A stretch of DNA of 64,000 nucleotides from Thalia democratica (taxonomy: Eukaryota). Positions within the stretch are counted from its first letter, which is position 1. Each line of letters opens with the position of its first letter. A model generated the notes under the pieces. It saw only the letters and a program-made list of their open reading frames with translations. It ran no database searches and was not told the origin of the DNA. This document shows positions 26,501 through 40,374 of the stretch, piece after piece. The stretch spans positions 75,454,001-75,518,000 of the forward strand of contig OZ241826.1 of the NCBI GenBank assembly GCA_965202585.1. The letters run 5' to 3'. A program made the position numbers and the translations under genes.

Positions 26501-27250
26501 ACCAAAGAACTTCATGGTTAGTATAAAGAAATCTGAATCGATTTCGTTTCAGTTCTGCGCTCGTATTGAGTTATGTTTGTAAAAAAATAACGAAAATTAA
26601 GCAATTCACAGTGTAAACGAACGCGAAACATTTCAAAACGATTCGTTTAACCGTAAAAATGTATACAAAGAGAAGTAAAAAGTAAATTTAAATGTTAAAA
26701 ACCTGTACGTACAATAGTAGTTTTCTGTTTTAAGATTAAACAAAAATTATTTTTATTGTAGGTTTATAAAAAACCTACTTTACTATTCTATATTGCTAAA
26801 AATTACTTACTGAAAAATATACTTTAGACTTTTTGATTTTAACTATGTATATGAATTTTTATTATTTGTATGATCAGAATGTTTAGAAACTATTTTCAAG
26901 CTAAACAGCAAAATTTGGGGTCGTGACTGAAATTGTGGGGTTAAGAGCAGTAAAGGGGCCAAAGGGGAGGCCACGAGCAGTAAAGGGCCACAGCGGCCCG
27001 GTAGGTCATAATTTGAAACTTACACTAGATATTTTGAAGTTGAAGAGCAAGAAAAAAAAGTTCTTAAGTATTTTTATTGGTAGTTTTGAAACTTACACTA
27101 GGTATTCTGGAGTTAATGATAAGAGCAAAAAAAAAGGTCTTAGGTGTTTTTAATGGTAGTTTTTTGAGTAATCTTTTTGGAGGGGGCCATAGCTTTTTTA
27201 AATTCTTTAAAGGGGGCCTTTTAAAAAATGTTTGGAAAATCCTGAACTAG
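23525..27250 (+). repeat. Two direct copies of a dispersed repeat (about 23525-23740 and 26915-27250) bracketing the TSP1-F5/8C gene
   Basis: Shared ggggtcgtga..., aacttacacta..attctggagtt.atgat.a.agcaaaaaaaaaggtct and aaagggggcctt...ggaaaa..ctga.ctaga segments. Confidence 0.6.
25307..26515 (-). CDS. Secreted 227-aa protein: signal peptide + one thrombospondin type-1 repeat + one F5/8 type C domain (exons 26515-26326, 26269-26096, 26033-25852, 25444-25307)
   Basis: MKFFGVLFAFSIAG signal; WVMGSCSKYCGGGDRIDTRKC...C......CNTRSC (TSP1); GRL...GGWAA...EWIQVDYG...TGVATQGR...QWVTEY.VSY...FKGN.D...ARYFRINPIAWNGHICMRFDFLNC*. Introns are GT-AG, 56, 62 and 407 nt. Confidence 0.93.
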
Positions 27251-30200
27251 ACTGAAAAAATATAAAAACATTCTAATTAAATTAAAGTTTGTTCTTTTAT
27301 TAATAGTATACTTTTTGTTAATTTTTTTTCATAAGACAAGGTTAGTCTGATGAATTGTGCCAATTGTGCATAAAAATATGCCGACACCTTTTTTCAAACT
27401 GCCAAAGATTATAAAACTATTTCTTGCTAAAATTTATGGTCAACTACATTATCTATTTTATTAAAACTTTGGTAAAAACTAAATTTTTACAGATTTTACT
27501 CAATTTGTGTTCAGTTTTCCGATTAGCATTTTCTTTTTTTTTTATTTAAACAGAAAATTATAAACAAGGTTTCAGTTAACATTTGTTTAAAAGAGAATGA
27601 AGAATAACTATTCTTTACAAACAAAACGTTAATCTTCTCAGACTTAATTTTGTTATAGTTTTTTTAACATTATTCTAAAATTAAATGTGCCTCATGAAAA
27701 CAGTCTACGAAAAAGTTTAAACTTAGTACTGTGTATAAGTCTAAATCAATTGTTAACATGGTAAACTTTTATTGATTTTTACGTTTTAAAACCGTTTATA
27801 TATATATTAATTTATTACAAAAATGTCTTTAAAAAGCAGTACTAAACTAAATAGTAACAAATAAACTTTCATAACAGCTTTTAGAAATTGAATAGAAACT
27901 AACAAGTTGTTTTAAATGAAAAATTTATTAATGTATAAATTAGTATATTTTGTTACAGCTTTTACGAATGAAAATTGTAATTAACTGAGGTAAAACAAAA
28001 TATATCAATAAATAAATTATACAACAAAACTAAGTTTTTGCTAATAATAAGTATTATGATTTATATTTTAATGAAATGTTTAAAGTATTCAAATAAAACT
28101 AAAAGCAGGTTTTGTTTCAAATGTTAAAAACAGTATTCGGGTAGAGTAGTATTTGTACCCATAAAATTATTTTATAAACGTTTAGTTAATTCTTAAAGTT
28201 ATCTTTATTGTAAGACAAAACACTATAGGCTATTATATGTATTCTGAAAAGCTAAAACTTTTATTTAATACAAAACTACTTACAAATAACTACCTAACAT
28301 TATAATTTTTTCAATATTTGGCAAAATTATAGTTAAAGAAATATGATTAACTAAAATTTCAATGAAAAACTGTTTAAAAAAAATGCTTCAACTTAAAATG
28401 TTAGCAATTTTTAGACATTTTTCATTCATTTAACTTCAAAAAAAAGTTTTAAGTTTTTGTACAGTAAACTTTTTTTAAGTTTTCTAAGTCTTTTGTATGA
28501 ATGTTAACTTTTTGTAAAAAAAAACTTTTGTAAATAACACTACTAAAAACTTTTATTTTGATATCAACTTTTGTATATTACAGTAAAGATTTCTATTTTA
28601 ATAGGAACATTTTTTCCGTATTGATAAATTATTTTTAATTTGAAAAGAAATCTTTTTTTTTTCCACGACTAGTTTTAATTTATAAGTGCGTCTTTCAAAG
28701 CCGACAACTTGTTAAGATTTAAAGTTCAAAACTTCAAAAATTGCATTTTTATATACTTTCTTATTTGAACCTAAACCGGACTACTGTGAATTTTGTAAAG
28801 ACTCTTATTCATACTACTGACTGGAAGAAATAAAAAACAGCAATTGTTTTAAGTTTTGCTTTAGAAGACTTTATATTTTTAACTATAAATTTTCTCAGTC
28901 ACTGATTGTTATATAGGAACTTTTTTGACCGGAAGGCATTTATTTACGTGTAAGAAAATTTAGTCTTTTAATACGTTCTTATGCCTCAGAAATTCTTCAA
29001 GTTTATTTATCAAATAAATGCGGTTATAAAAGTACCTGGTAGTTTATACTCGTATGATGATTAAAACTATTACACGTTTTTTCTTCGCAGACTCAAGTAT
29101 TAAGTTTGTAATGAAACGTGTAAACCACTAGTTTGATAGCGGAATTGCGGATGAAATTTTTTGTAAAAAAAATAATAAGCGGTTTAATTATTTAGAACGC
29201 TTTTTATTGGTATAATTAAAGAAGTTCTAATAACGAAAATAAACTATTTCTTTTTCAGCAAACTTAGTTAATATAAATATAATTTGTTTTAATCGATAGT
29301 TTTTTAGTAGATTAAGTAAAACTGATGCTTGAGTTTATGATTTAATTTTTTTTTTATTATTTTAAATGAGTTAATTTTTTTATAAATTTTTAAATATTTT
29401 TCTCAAACATCTATTTTCATAAATTCTAATTTGATTTTGAAACTATAAAAATCATATATAATAATTTTTTTTCTAACAATGTAAGATGTCAAGTTACAAA
29501 TATATATATATTTATACAAGTTACGTTTAAAAATTTCAGTACTTTAGAAAATCAACTAAAAAGTATTAAGGTAAACTCAAACTTTTAATTTAGTGCAGAA
29601 GTTAGTAAGCAACCATGAAATCGTTTCGCATGTTTAAAAATATTGTATAATAAAAAAGTGTTTATACATAATCAGTCCAACAATAAAAGTTAAGTAAAAA
29701 GTTTTTTTTTATCATTTTCTAAAATTTAAATTTTTAATGTTTATACATAGTTATAAAAATAAAAGTAATTTTAAAATATAAATATTAAATTTTGATTAGA
29801 AGTATAATTAAATTTTTGCATTTATTATTTTTATATTTAAAAAAAAGGTAGTTTTATGAAGTTCTTGAACATACAAGTTCAGTAAATCTTATTGACATTA
29901 ACTTTATTTTTCTAACTACTAGTTAGATATTTAAGTTTTTAGATGTTGACAGCAAAGCCTAGATAATCACCAGCAATTAGCATTAAATTTAACTGCACGA
30001 CCATATACAAAAACCTACGATTTATTCTGCAAAATTGTTTACTATCATCTTAGTTTTAAAAGTAATTTTATTTTTTACATGTTTGTCAAATTTTCTAAAC
30101 ATAAAGTTTCACTAGCTATAATTTTTATATCTAGAATTAACTTGTTTGGCTGTGAAAATAAAAATACTTTTCCTTACGTAATATAAAAATGAGGAAATTA

Positions 30201-31699
30201 CCTATGTTTGCTGCAAAACGTTTTTAACTGTTTAAGCAAGTTATTTCTAGAACAGTTTTTCTTTAATACATAAAGTAAAACATGAGTTAATCATCAAAGT
30301 AGTTGTAGTAATTAAAAACAAAATACATTTAAGCCAAAAATGTGATATATATAATACAAAAATACACTAAAAACTCAATATTATTGATAAATGAGCAATT
30401 TTGCATATTTTCGCCACAAAAACTTTTTATTTTGGTTACTTTAAAAATAATTAAAAAAAAAATAGCACAGAAAATATAATTTTGAAAAATATTAATACTA
30501 TCTTTAAAACTACTTTTCAAACAGAGTACACTAGGCTTACTCAAAGCAAAAACAGAAAGCCAGTTTATACTCGTAAAACAAGTACATTAGCAATAAGTTT
30601 AGTAAAAAAACAAATATTAAAAATTTGGATGCACGACCATTCAAATTCGGGTAATTCAAATTCCGACAATTCAAATTCTTTAAACAAAATTAAAAGGGTC
30701 ACAACTAAAAAAGTAATGTATGTTTTTCGAAGATAAAAAATACATATGTAGGTCCTATAAATATCTAAAAGCCGATTTTTTTCTTTTTGCAGAACATCAA
30801 ATATTTTTTGAGATATGGCTTAAATAAAGTAAAAAATATAGATAGTTTTAGCAACTTTGAAATATCTTTAAAAATATTTAAGATGTTGCAAAGAACAAAA
30901 AGTGGCTTATTGACTTTAATAAGATCTAATTATGTATTTTTTTTTTTTTTTTAAATTATATTAATTTTTGAGATATAGTCTTTTAAATGTCTTTGTAAGA
31001 ATTTGAGTTGTCTGAGTTTGAATTGTCATGTAACCAAAAATTTAGTTATTTTTACAAGATAAAACTTCTGATTTAAAAATATATAAGTATTTTATTATAT
31101 AAAAGCTATTTGGGTACAATGTAAAGATTTTTTCACATTTTTATAGCACATAAGATTAAAAAAATTCTACATGCATGTGTTATGGTAACGCTTATTAAAT
31201 TGCAAAATCTTCATATAACATTCATACATTTAAGATAGTATTTGTTTCCAATTAAGTAAATGTTTAATTTATAATAATCAATTTATGTACTTTACAGTAT
31301 ACCAAGTTTTAAGTTTTATAAAAATATAGTTGTTTCAAAAGTAGGGTTTAAAACAAAAAACAAAAGGTTGAAAAATTATAAATTTATCTTCCTAAAAGTT
31401 TCCAACGTAAGTGGAAAGAGATAAAACTATTATATAAATTAAAGTTTTAGTTATTAGCTATGTACAATATAAGTATTTTTCTATATAAAAATTTACGATC
31501 ATCAGTAAAACAGAGCTCACTACTGTTAAAAGTTAAAAAACATTAAAGTAGTCGAAGAAAGCAAAGGGACTTTAAAATAAACGGGTTAAACATTACTAAA
31601 TGGGTTGTTACAAGCTGGCTATTAACAACTGCTGTCCCGCTACTGAACGACACGGTGACGTAAAAATATGCCTACCTAAAACAACATGCTTTAGCGTAT

Positions 31700-31813
31700 T
31701 TAGCATGGTTTTTTATTGAAACAAATCGACTTGTTGATGTCGAAATTAGCGCGGACACCCGATCGACATATCACAACGAGTAACATGGCTACCACCCTCA
31801 TATCGTCCACCAT
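31700..31813 (-). CDS. Signal-peptide-bearing small ORF or first exon, array unit A (MVDDMRVVAMLLVVICRSGVRANFDINKSICFNKKPC*)
   Basis: Textbook signal peptide MR-VVAMLLVVIC-RSGVRA. A strong acceptor (tttttcttctag) lies 23 nt upstream of the ATG. A possible 55-nt GT-AG intron begins after ..AAC AA. Confidence 0.5.
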   Translation of the reverse strand: MVDDMRVVAMLLVVICRSGVRANFDINKSICFNKKPC

Positions 31814-34800
31814 TTCAAACTTCCTAGTAGCTATTCCTAGAAGAAAAATTTCGATTTCAGTTGTTCTCGTGTTTGTTTAGCTGCAGCTTATCCCACTTGA
31901 TCATCCACTGGTTTTTTTTCTAATGTTTCTACTTTTTCTAGTCGTTATTGTTGTGTAACTATATGCATAGTAATCGAAATTACATAATTTTGAAATTAAG
32001 CTGTACCAATTTTCAATTTTTAAGGTCCTAAATATGTTTGTTATAAAAGGAAAAACCTTAGCTAAATGATGTGATATTGAAAAATACTCATTCTACCACG
32101 TTTATAGTATTTTAATTTTTTTTTCCTGGTAACTATACAAAATGTTTATTAAAATTAGTTTCTTATTTTTAGCTTTCTTAATGTGCACTGTGTTTATTGA
32201 AGGAAACATTTTTAAATACATTTGTATCAGTTAAAATTAAGTAAGTTTATGTAGAGTAAGTAACTTGTTTTTAACTTAAACTAAACAGTTATATTGTTGT
32301 CTGAAACATGAAAAAATATTATAGTTTTCCAACTTTCATTACATCAGTGTTTTTTAAACAAATCAGAAAACGTTCTTATAGATCAAGACGAACTGTAGAA
32401 AATCATATCAAATAAAAAACTTTATGAATAAAAGTTGTCCTTTTCAACTATTTATACGTAAAGTTTATTTTAAAAGTACAAAAAAAGATTATTAGGTTTT
32501 ATCCTGCGTATATAACTTTTTTTTACGAAATCATGTGATAGTTTGCAGTTTTATAAATAGTTATTGAAAGTTCGTATAATACTTTTATTTCCGTATCTTA
32601 ACGAGTTAAAAGTTTTTTTTTTATATGAATATTTTTACACAGTAATTATTTTGATTATTTCGTTCTTTTATTAACACGAACTAAAATATAACTAAAAATT
32701 GTTTAAAAACAATTTACGAAATGAGTAGAATTTTTATTTAATTCTAAGTTCTCATTCCTAAAAGAATTTTTTCAAATTTAATCCTACCAACAAATGAGGT
32801 TAAAAAAGTACCTGGTAGTTTATACTCGCATGATGTTTAAAATTAATACATTTTCTCTGTTCTCTGCACGCTCAAGTATCTTGTTTGTATTCAAACGAAC
32901 ACTAATTTGGTTTTGAATTAGCGGACGAAAATTTCTTTGAATAAAAACAACAAGTAGTTAAAAATTTTAGAACATTTTTTTAGTAGTACAGTTAAAGACA
33001 TACTAAAAACGAAATTAAATTCTGGTGTACTGAAGTTTTGATTAAAGAATTAAATTTAATTTTTTATCATTGATATGATTCTATTTTTATCAATTTCAGA
33101 GAAACTTTTTTAACATTTGATTTCATAAGTTGAAAACTTACGTTTGGAATTTTGACAAGTATATTTTGTAAATTGTTATAATGTAACATTTAAAGTTATC
33201 ATACTATACCTTTATACAAGTTACGTTTAGGGACTTTAGTACTTTGGAAAATCAAGTAAAAAGTATTTAGTAAAACTCAAACTTTTAATTTAGTGCATAA
33301 TTTAGTAAAAAACCATGAAATCGTTTCGCTTAGCTTGTTTAGAAAAAAATTGACCAAAACATGTGTTTATAATAAAACAGTGTTTATGCATAATCAGCTT
33401 AAAAGTAAAAGTTAAGTAAAGAAATGTGTATCTTGTAATATTAAATTTTTTAAATCTTTAATCAATATACATAGTAATAAAAATAAAATTATTTTTCAGA
33501 TATGTAAATTAAATTTTGATTGGAAGTATAATTAAATTTTTGCATTTATTATTTTTGAAATCAAAAAAAAAATTAATTTTATGGAGTTCTTGAACATGCA
33601 AGTTAAGTGAAACTTATTGACATTAACTTTTGTTTTTGTTTTTCTAACTCTTAATTAAATATTTAAGTTTTTAGATGTTATCAGCAAAGCCTAGATGTTC
33701 ACCAACAATTAGCATTAAATTTAACTGCACGACCATCTACAAAAACCTACGCTTTATTCTTCAAAATTGTTTATTATCATCTTAGTTTTAAAATTAGTTT
33801 TATTTTTTACATGTTTGTCAAATTTTCTAAACATAAAATTTACTAGCTATAATTTTAGTATCTAGAATTAACTTTTTTGGCTGTGAAAACGAAAACACGT
33901 TTCCTTACGTAATATAAAAATGAGGAAATTACCTATGTTTGCTGCAAAACGTTTTTAACTGTTTAAGCAAGTTATTTCTAGAACAGTTTTTCTTTAATAA
34001 AGAAAGTAAAATATTAGTTAATCATTAAAGTAGTTGTAGTAATCAACAACAAAATAAATTTAAGCCAAAAATGTGATATGTAAAATATGTTTTTGTAAGA
34101 TTTTGAGTTGTCCAATTTTCAATTGTCATAAAAAATTTAACCAAAATTTTTACAAGATAAGACTTTAGATTTAAAAATATATAAGTTAATTATTATTTAA
34201 AAGTTATTTTGGTACAATGTAAAGATTTTACTTTTTACAATGTAAAGCACATAAAATTAAAAAAATTCTATAAGTATGTGTTATGGTAACGCTTATTAAA
34301 TTGCAAAAGTTTCATATAATATTCATATATCTACGATAGTATTTGTTTCTAATTAAGTAAATGTTTAATTTATAGTAATTAATTTATGTACTTTACAGTA
34401 TACCAATTTTTAAGTTTTATAAAAATATAGTTGTTTGAAAATTAGGATTTAAAATAAAAAACAATAGGTTGAAGAAATATTAATTTATCTACCCTGAAAT
34501 TTACCAACGTAAATGGAAAGAAATAAATCTGTTACGTAAATTAAAGTTTTAGTTATTAGCTATGTACAATATAAGTATTTTTCTAAATAAAAGTTTACGA
34601 TCAACATTAAAACAGAGCTCACAACTTTTGGTCGATAAAAACATTGAAGTAATCGAAGAAAGCAAAGGGACTATAAAATAAACGGGTTCAACATTACTAA
34701 ATGGGTTGTTACAAGCTGGCTATTAACAACTGCTGTACCGCTACTGAACTACACGGTGACGTAAAAATATGCCTTCCTAAAACAACATGCTTTAGCGTAT

Positions 34801-34914
34801 TTAGCATGGTTTTTTATTGAAACAAATCCACTTGTTGACGGCGAAATTAGCGCGGACACCTGATCGACATATCACAACGAGTAACATGGTTACCACCCTC
34901 ATATCGTCCACCAT
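34801..34914 (-). CDS. Signal-peptide-bearing small ORF or first exon, array unit B (MVDDMRVVTMLLVVICRSGVRANFAVNKWICFNKKPC*)
   Basis: Same 37-codon ORF as unit A with one synonymous (TCG/TCA) and four replacement changes. Donor gtggat at 34831 and acceptor ttttag 55 nt later. Confidence 0.5.
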   Translation of the reverse strand: MVDDMRVVTMLLVVICRSGVRANFAVNKWICFNKKPC

Positions 34915-37900
34915 TTCAAACTTCCTAGTAGCTGTCTCTAGAAGAAAAATTTCGATTTCAGTTGTTCTCGTGTTTGTTTAACTGCAGCTTATCCCACTTG
35001 ATCATCCACCGATTTTTTTTTCTAACGTTTCTACTTTTTCTAGTCGTTATTGTTGTGTAATTATATGCATAGTAATCAAAATTGCATAATTTTGAAAATA
35101 AGCTGTACCAGTTTATAATTTTTACGGTCCTAAATATGTTTATTATAAAATGAAAAACCTTAGCTAAATGGTGTGATGTTGAAAAATACTCATTCTACCA
35201 CGTTTATAGTATTTTAAAGTTTTTTTTTAATTTTCTGGTAATTATACAAAACTTTTATTAAAATTAGTTTCTTATTTTTAGCTTTCTTAATGTGCACTAT
35301 GTTTATTGAAGAAAATATTTTTTTAAATACATTTCTATCAGTTAAACTTAAGTATATTTATGTAGAGTATGTTACTTGTTTTTAACTAAAACTAAACAGT
35401 TATATTGTTGTCTAAAACATGAAAAAATATTATAGTTTTCCAACTTTCATTACATAAGTGTTTTTTAAACAAATCAAAAAACGTTCTTATAGAACAAGAC
35501 TAACTGTAGCAAATCATATCAAATAAACAAGTTTTTGAATAAAAGTTGTTACTTTCAACTTTTTCTACGTAAAGTTTATTTTAAAAGTACAAAAAAAAAG
35601 TTTATTAAGTTTTATCCTGCGTATATAACTTTTTTTTACAAAATCCTACGATAGTTTGCAGTTTTATAAATATGAAAGTTCGTATAATACTTTTATTTCC
35701 GTATCTTAACGAGTTAAAAGTTTTTTTTTTATATGAATATTTTTACACAGTAATTATTTTGATTATTTCGTTCTTTTATTAACACGAACTAAAATATAAC
35801 TAAAAATTGTTTAAAAACAATTTACGAAATGAGTAGAATTTTTAGTTGATTCTAAGTTCTCATTCCTAAAAGAATTTTTTCAAATTTAATCCTACCAACA
35901 AATGAGGTTAAAAAAGTACCTGGTAGTTTATACTCGCATGATGTTTAAAATTAATACATTTTCTCTGTTCTCTGCACGCTCAAGTATCTTGTTTGTATTC
36001 AAACAAACACTAATTTGGTTTTGAATTAGCGGACGAAAATTTCTTTGAATAAAAACAACAAGTAGTTAAAAACTTTAGAACATTTTTTTAGTAGTACAGT
36101 TAAAGACATACTAAAAACGAAATTAAATTCTGGTGTACTGAAGTTTTGATTAAAGAATTAAATTTAATTTTTTATCATTGATATGATTCTATTTTTATCA
36201 ATTTCAGAGAAACTTTTTTAACATTTGATTTCATAAGTTGAAAACTTACGTTTGGAATTTTGACAAGTATATTTTGTAAATTGTTATAATGTAACATTTA
36301 AAGTTATCATACTATACCTTTATACAAGTTACGTTTAGGGACTTTAGTACTTTGGAAAATCAAGTAAAAAGTATTTAGTAAAACTCAAACTTTTAATTTA
36401 GTGCATAATTTAGTAAAAAACCATGAAATCGTTTCGCTTAGCTTGTTTAGAAAAAATTTAACCAAAACATGTGTTTATAATAAAACAGTGTTTATGCATA
36501 ATCAGCTTAAAAGTAAAAGTTAAGTAAAGAAATGTGTATCTTGTAATATTTAATTTTTTAAATCTTTAATTAATATACATAGTAATAAAAACAAAATTAT
36601 TTTTCAGATATGTAAATTAAATTTTGATTGGAAGTATAATTAAATTTTTGCATTTATTATTTTTGAAATCAAAAAAAAAATAATTTTATGGAGTTCTTGA
36701 ACATACAAGTTATGTGAAACTTATTGACATTAACTTTTGTTTTTGTTTTTCTAACTCTTAATTAAATATTTAAGTTTTTAGATGTTATTAGCAAAGCCTA
36801 GATGTTCACCAACAATTAGCATTAAATTTAACTGCACGACCATCTACAAAAACCTACGCTTTATTCTGCAAAATTGTTTATTATCATCTTAGTTTTAAAA
36901 GTAATTTTATTTTTTACATGTTTGTCAAATTTTCTAAACATAATGTTTTACTAGCTATAATTTTAGTATCTAGAATTAACTTTTTTGGCTGTGAAAACGA
37001 AAACACGTTTCCTTACGTAATTTAAAAATGATGAAATTACCTATGTTTGCTGCAAAACGTTTTTAACTGTTTAAGCAAGTTATTTCTAGAACAGTTTTTC
37101 TTTAATAAAGAAAGTAAAATATTAGTTAATCATTAAAGTAGTTGTAGTAATCAACAACAAAATAAATTTAAGCCAAAAATTTGATATGTAAAATATGTTT
37201 TTGTAAGAATTTGAGTTGTCCAATTTTCAATTGTCATAAAACCAAAAATTTAATTATTTTTACAAGATAAGACTTTAGATTTAAAAATATATAAGTTAGT
37301 TATTATTTAAAAGTTATTTTGGTACAATGTAAAGATTTTATTTTTTACAATGTAAAGCACATAAAATTAAAAAAATCTATAAGTATGTGTTATGGTAACG
37401 CTTATTAAATTGCAAAAGTTTCATATAATATTCATATATCTACGATAGTATTTGTTTCTAATTAAGTAAATGTTTAATTTATAGTAATTAATTTATATAC
37501 TTTACAGTATACCAATTATTAAGTTTTATAAAAATGTAGTTGTTTGAAAATTAGGATTTAAAACAAAAAACAATAGGTTGAAGAAATATTAATTTATCTA
37601 CCCTAAAATTTACCAACGTAAATGGAAAGAAATAAATCTGTTACGTAAATTAAAGTTTTAGTTATTAGCTATGTACAATATAAGTATTTTTATAAATAAA
37701 AATTTACGATCATCAGTAAAACAGAGCTCACTACTGTTAAAAGTTAAAAAACATTAAAGTAATCGAAGAAAGCAAAGGGACTTTAAAATAAACGGGTTCA
37801 ACATTAATAATTGGGTTGTTACAAGCTGGCTATTAACAACTGCTGTACCGCTATTGAACGACACGGTGACGTAAAAATATGCCTTCCTTTAACAACATGC

Positions 37901-38880
37901 TTTAGCGTATTTTATTAAAACAAACTAAAATAGAATTAAAAATTGTTTAATTAAACATTTACAAAATGCGCAGAATTTTTATCTAATTCTAAGTTCTCAT
38001 TCCTAAAAGATTTTTTTCAAATTTAATCCTACCAACAAATGAGGTTAAAAAAGTACCTGGTAGTTTATACTCGCATGATGTTTAAAATTAATACATTTTC
38101 TCTGTTCTCTGCACGCTCAAGTATCTTGTTTGTATTCAAACAAACACTAATTTGGTTTTGAATTAGCGGACGAAAATTTCTTTGAATAAAAACAACAAGT
38201 AGTTAAAAATTTTAGAACATTTTTTTAGTAGTACAGTTAAAGACATACTAAAAACGAAATTAAATTCTGGTGTACTGAAGTTTTGATTAAAGAATTAAAT
38301 TAATTTTTTTATCATTGATATGATTCTATATTTATTAACTTCAGAGAATTTTTTTAAACATTTGATTTCATAAATTGAAAACCTACGTTTGGAATTTTGA
38401 CAAGTATATTTTGTAAATTGTTATAATGTTACATGTAAAGTTATCATACTATACCTTTGTACAAGTTACGTTTAGGGACTTTAGTACTTTGGAAAACCAA
38501 GTAAAAAGTATTTAGGAAAACTCAAACTTTAAATTTAGTGCATAATTTAGTAAAAAACCATGAAATCGTTTGCTTAGCTTGTTTAGAAAAAATTTAACCA
38601 AAACATGTGTTTATAATAAAACAGTGTTTATGCATAATCAGCTTAAAAGTAAAAGTTAAGTAAAGAAATGTGTATCTTGTATTTTTTATACTTTTCAATC
38701 TTTAACTTTTATACATAGTTAAAAAAGTAAAAAACACTTTTTAAATATGAATATAGAATTTTTATTTGAAGTATAATTAAATTTTTCTTTTGTTATTTAA
38801 CGAATTTAATTAAAAATTAAAAGTTTGTTGTTATTTTTGAATTTAAAAAATTGTTAGTTTTATTAAGTTCTTGAACATAC

Positions 38881-39215
38881 AAGTTCAGTAAATCTTATTG
38901 ACATTAACTTTATTTTTCTAACTACTAGTTAGATATTTAAGTTTTTAGATGTTGACAGCAAAGCCTAGATGTTCACCAGCAATTAGCATTAAATTTAACT
39001 GCACGACCATATACAAAAACCTACGCTTTATTCTGCAAAATTGTTTATTATCATCTTAGTTATAAAGTAATTTTATTTTTTACATGTTTGTCAAATTTTC
39101 TAAACATAAAGTTTCACTAGCTATAATTCTAATATCTAGAATTAACTTTTTTGGCTGTGAAAACGAAAATACTTTTCCTTACGTAATATAAAAATGAGGA
39201 AATTACCTATGTTTG
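38881..39215 (-). other. Candidate microexon cassette (unit D: 39215-39207, 39154-39147, 39099-39084, 39032-39025, [38964-38957], 38893-38881)
   Basis: ttttgcag|9 nt|gtaatt; ttttcacag|8|gttaat; tgtttag|16|gtaaaa; ttttgcag|8|gtaggt; ctag|8|gtcaac; aataag|13|gtatgt. Intervening segments are 52, 47, 51, 60 and 63 nt. Confidence 0.5.
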
Positions 39216-40146
39216 CTGCAAAACGTTTTAAACTGTTTAAGCAAGTTATTTCTAGAACAGTTTTTCTTTAATACATAAAGTAAAACATGAGTTAATCATT
39301 AAAGTAGTTGTAGTAATCAAAAACAAAATAAATTTAAGCCAAAAATGTTATATATATAATATAAAATTGAAATAATAACTTCAACATTATTTATAAAAGA
39401 GCACTTTTGCATATTTTTACCACAAGCATTTTTTATTTTAATTATTTCAAAAATAATTCAGACAAAAATTGCACAGAATAAAATAAGTTCTCTGCACGCT
39501 CAAGTATCATGTTTGTTATCAAACAAACACTAAATTGGTTTCAAATTAGCGGACGAAAATTTCTGTAAAAAAAAAATAAAAAGTTACACATTCTAGAATA
39601 TTTTTTTAGTAGTATATTTAAAGACATACTAAAAACGAAAATAAGTTCTCAGTACTGAACTTTTAATATAGAAATTAAGTTATTTGTTATTATTATTAAG
39701 ATTATACTATTTTTATAATTTTCAAAGATTCTGTTTAAACACTTGTTTTCATAAGTTTAAAACTTACGTTGCAATTTTGACCAGTATATTTTGTAAACTT
39801 ATTGCTAAAAATGTAAGATGTCAAGTTTTTACACTATTTCTTTAAACAAGTTACGTTTAAGGTTTTTAATACTTGTAAAAAATAAGTAAGAAATGTTTAG
39901 GTAAACAATTTTTTTAAATTTTATGCATAAGTTAATGAGTTACTATAAAGTCATGACGTTTAAAATGTTTAAAAAAAGAATAAAACAATACATATATTGT
40001 TAAATAAAACATAATTGCTGTATAACCAGTTTGACGGTATAAATTAAGTTAAAACAAAGTGTAATTCTTATTTTAGAAACTTTAAAAAGTTTTTTGTTTA
40101 AACATAATTATAAAAAAAGTAATTCTTATATAACTATTCAAAATTA

Positions 40147-40374
40147 AAAGTTAATCGTTTGCTAATAAAGACCCTAGCGATACAAGTTTATTGGAATATA
40201 TAAAAGTAACAAATTTTAGCAAGACCCTTTCTTTATTCTATTCTTAGTATCAACAAACATCATAAAAATATCTTCTAATTTCTTGCAATGAAGACAGTAA
40301 TTGTTATATATACTTTATTATATATTCCAGCGAACTTATTTTGCCCGGATCTTTATTAGCAAACGATTAACTTT
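40147..40374. mobile_element. MITE inserted in array unit E
   Basis: Perfect 25-bp inverted repeat aaagttaatcgtttgctaataaaga / tctttattagcaaacgattaacttt, absent from the other units. Confidence 0.7.

Noticed and set aside
32808-32940. Terminal exon of the array gene read as NFRPLIQ...IMRV*
   Set aside because: This frame is broken in units A and E. Another frame (K[F/I]SSA.....*) has an aligned stop in all three, and a microexon reading is also possible. The frame cannot be fixed without cDNA.
38957-38964. Extra 8-nt segment gctttgct as a constitutive microexon
   Set aside because: Its donor is lost in units B and C, and including it creates a stop in A and D in the favoured frame. Kept only as optional.
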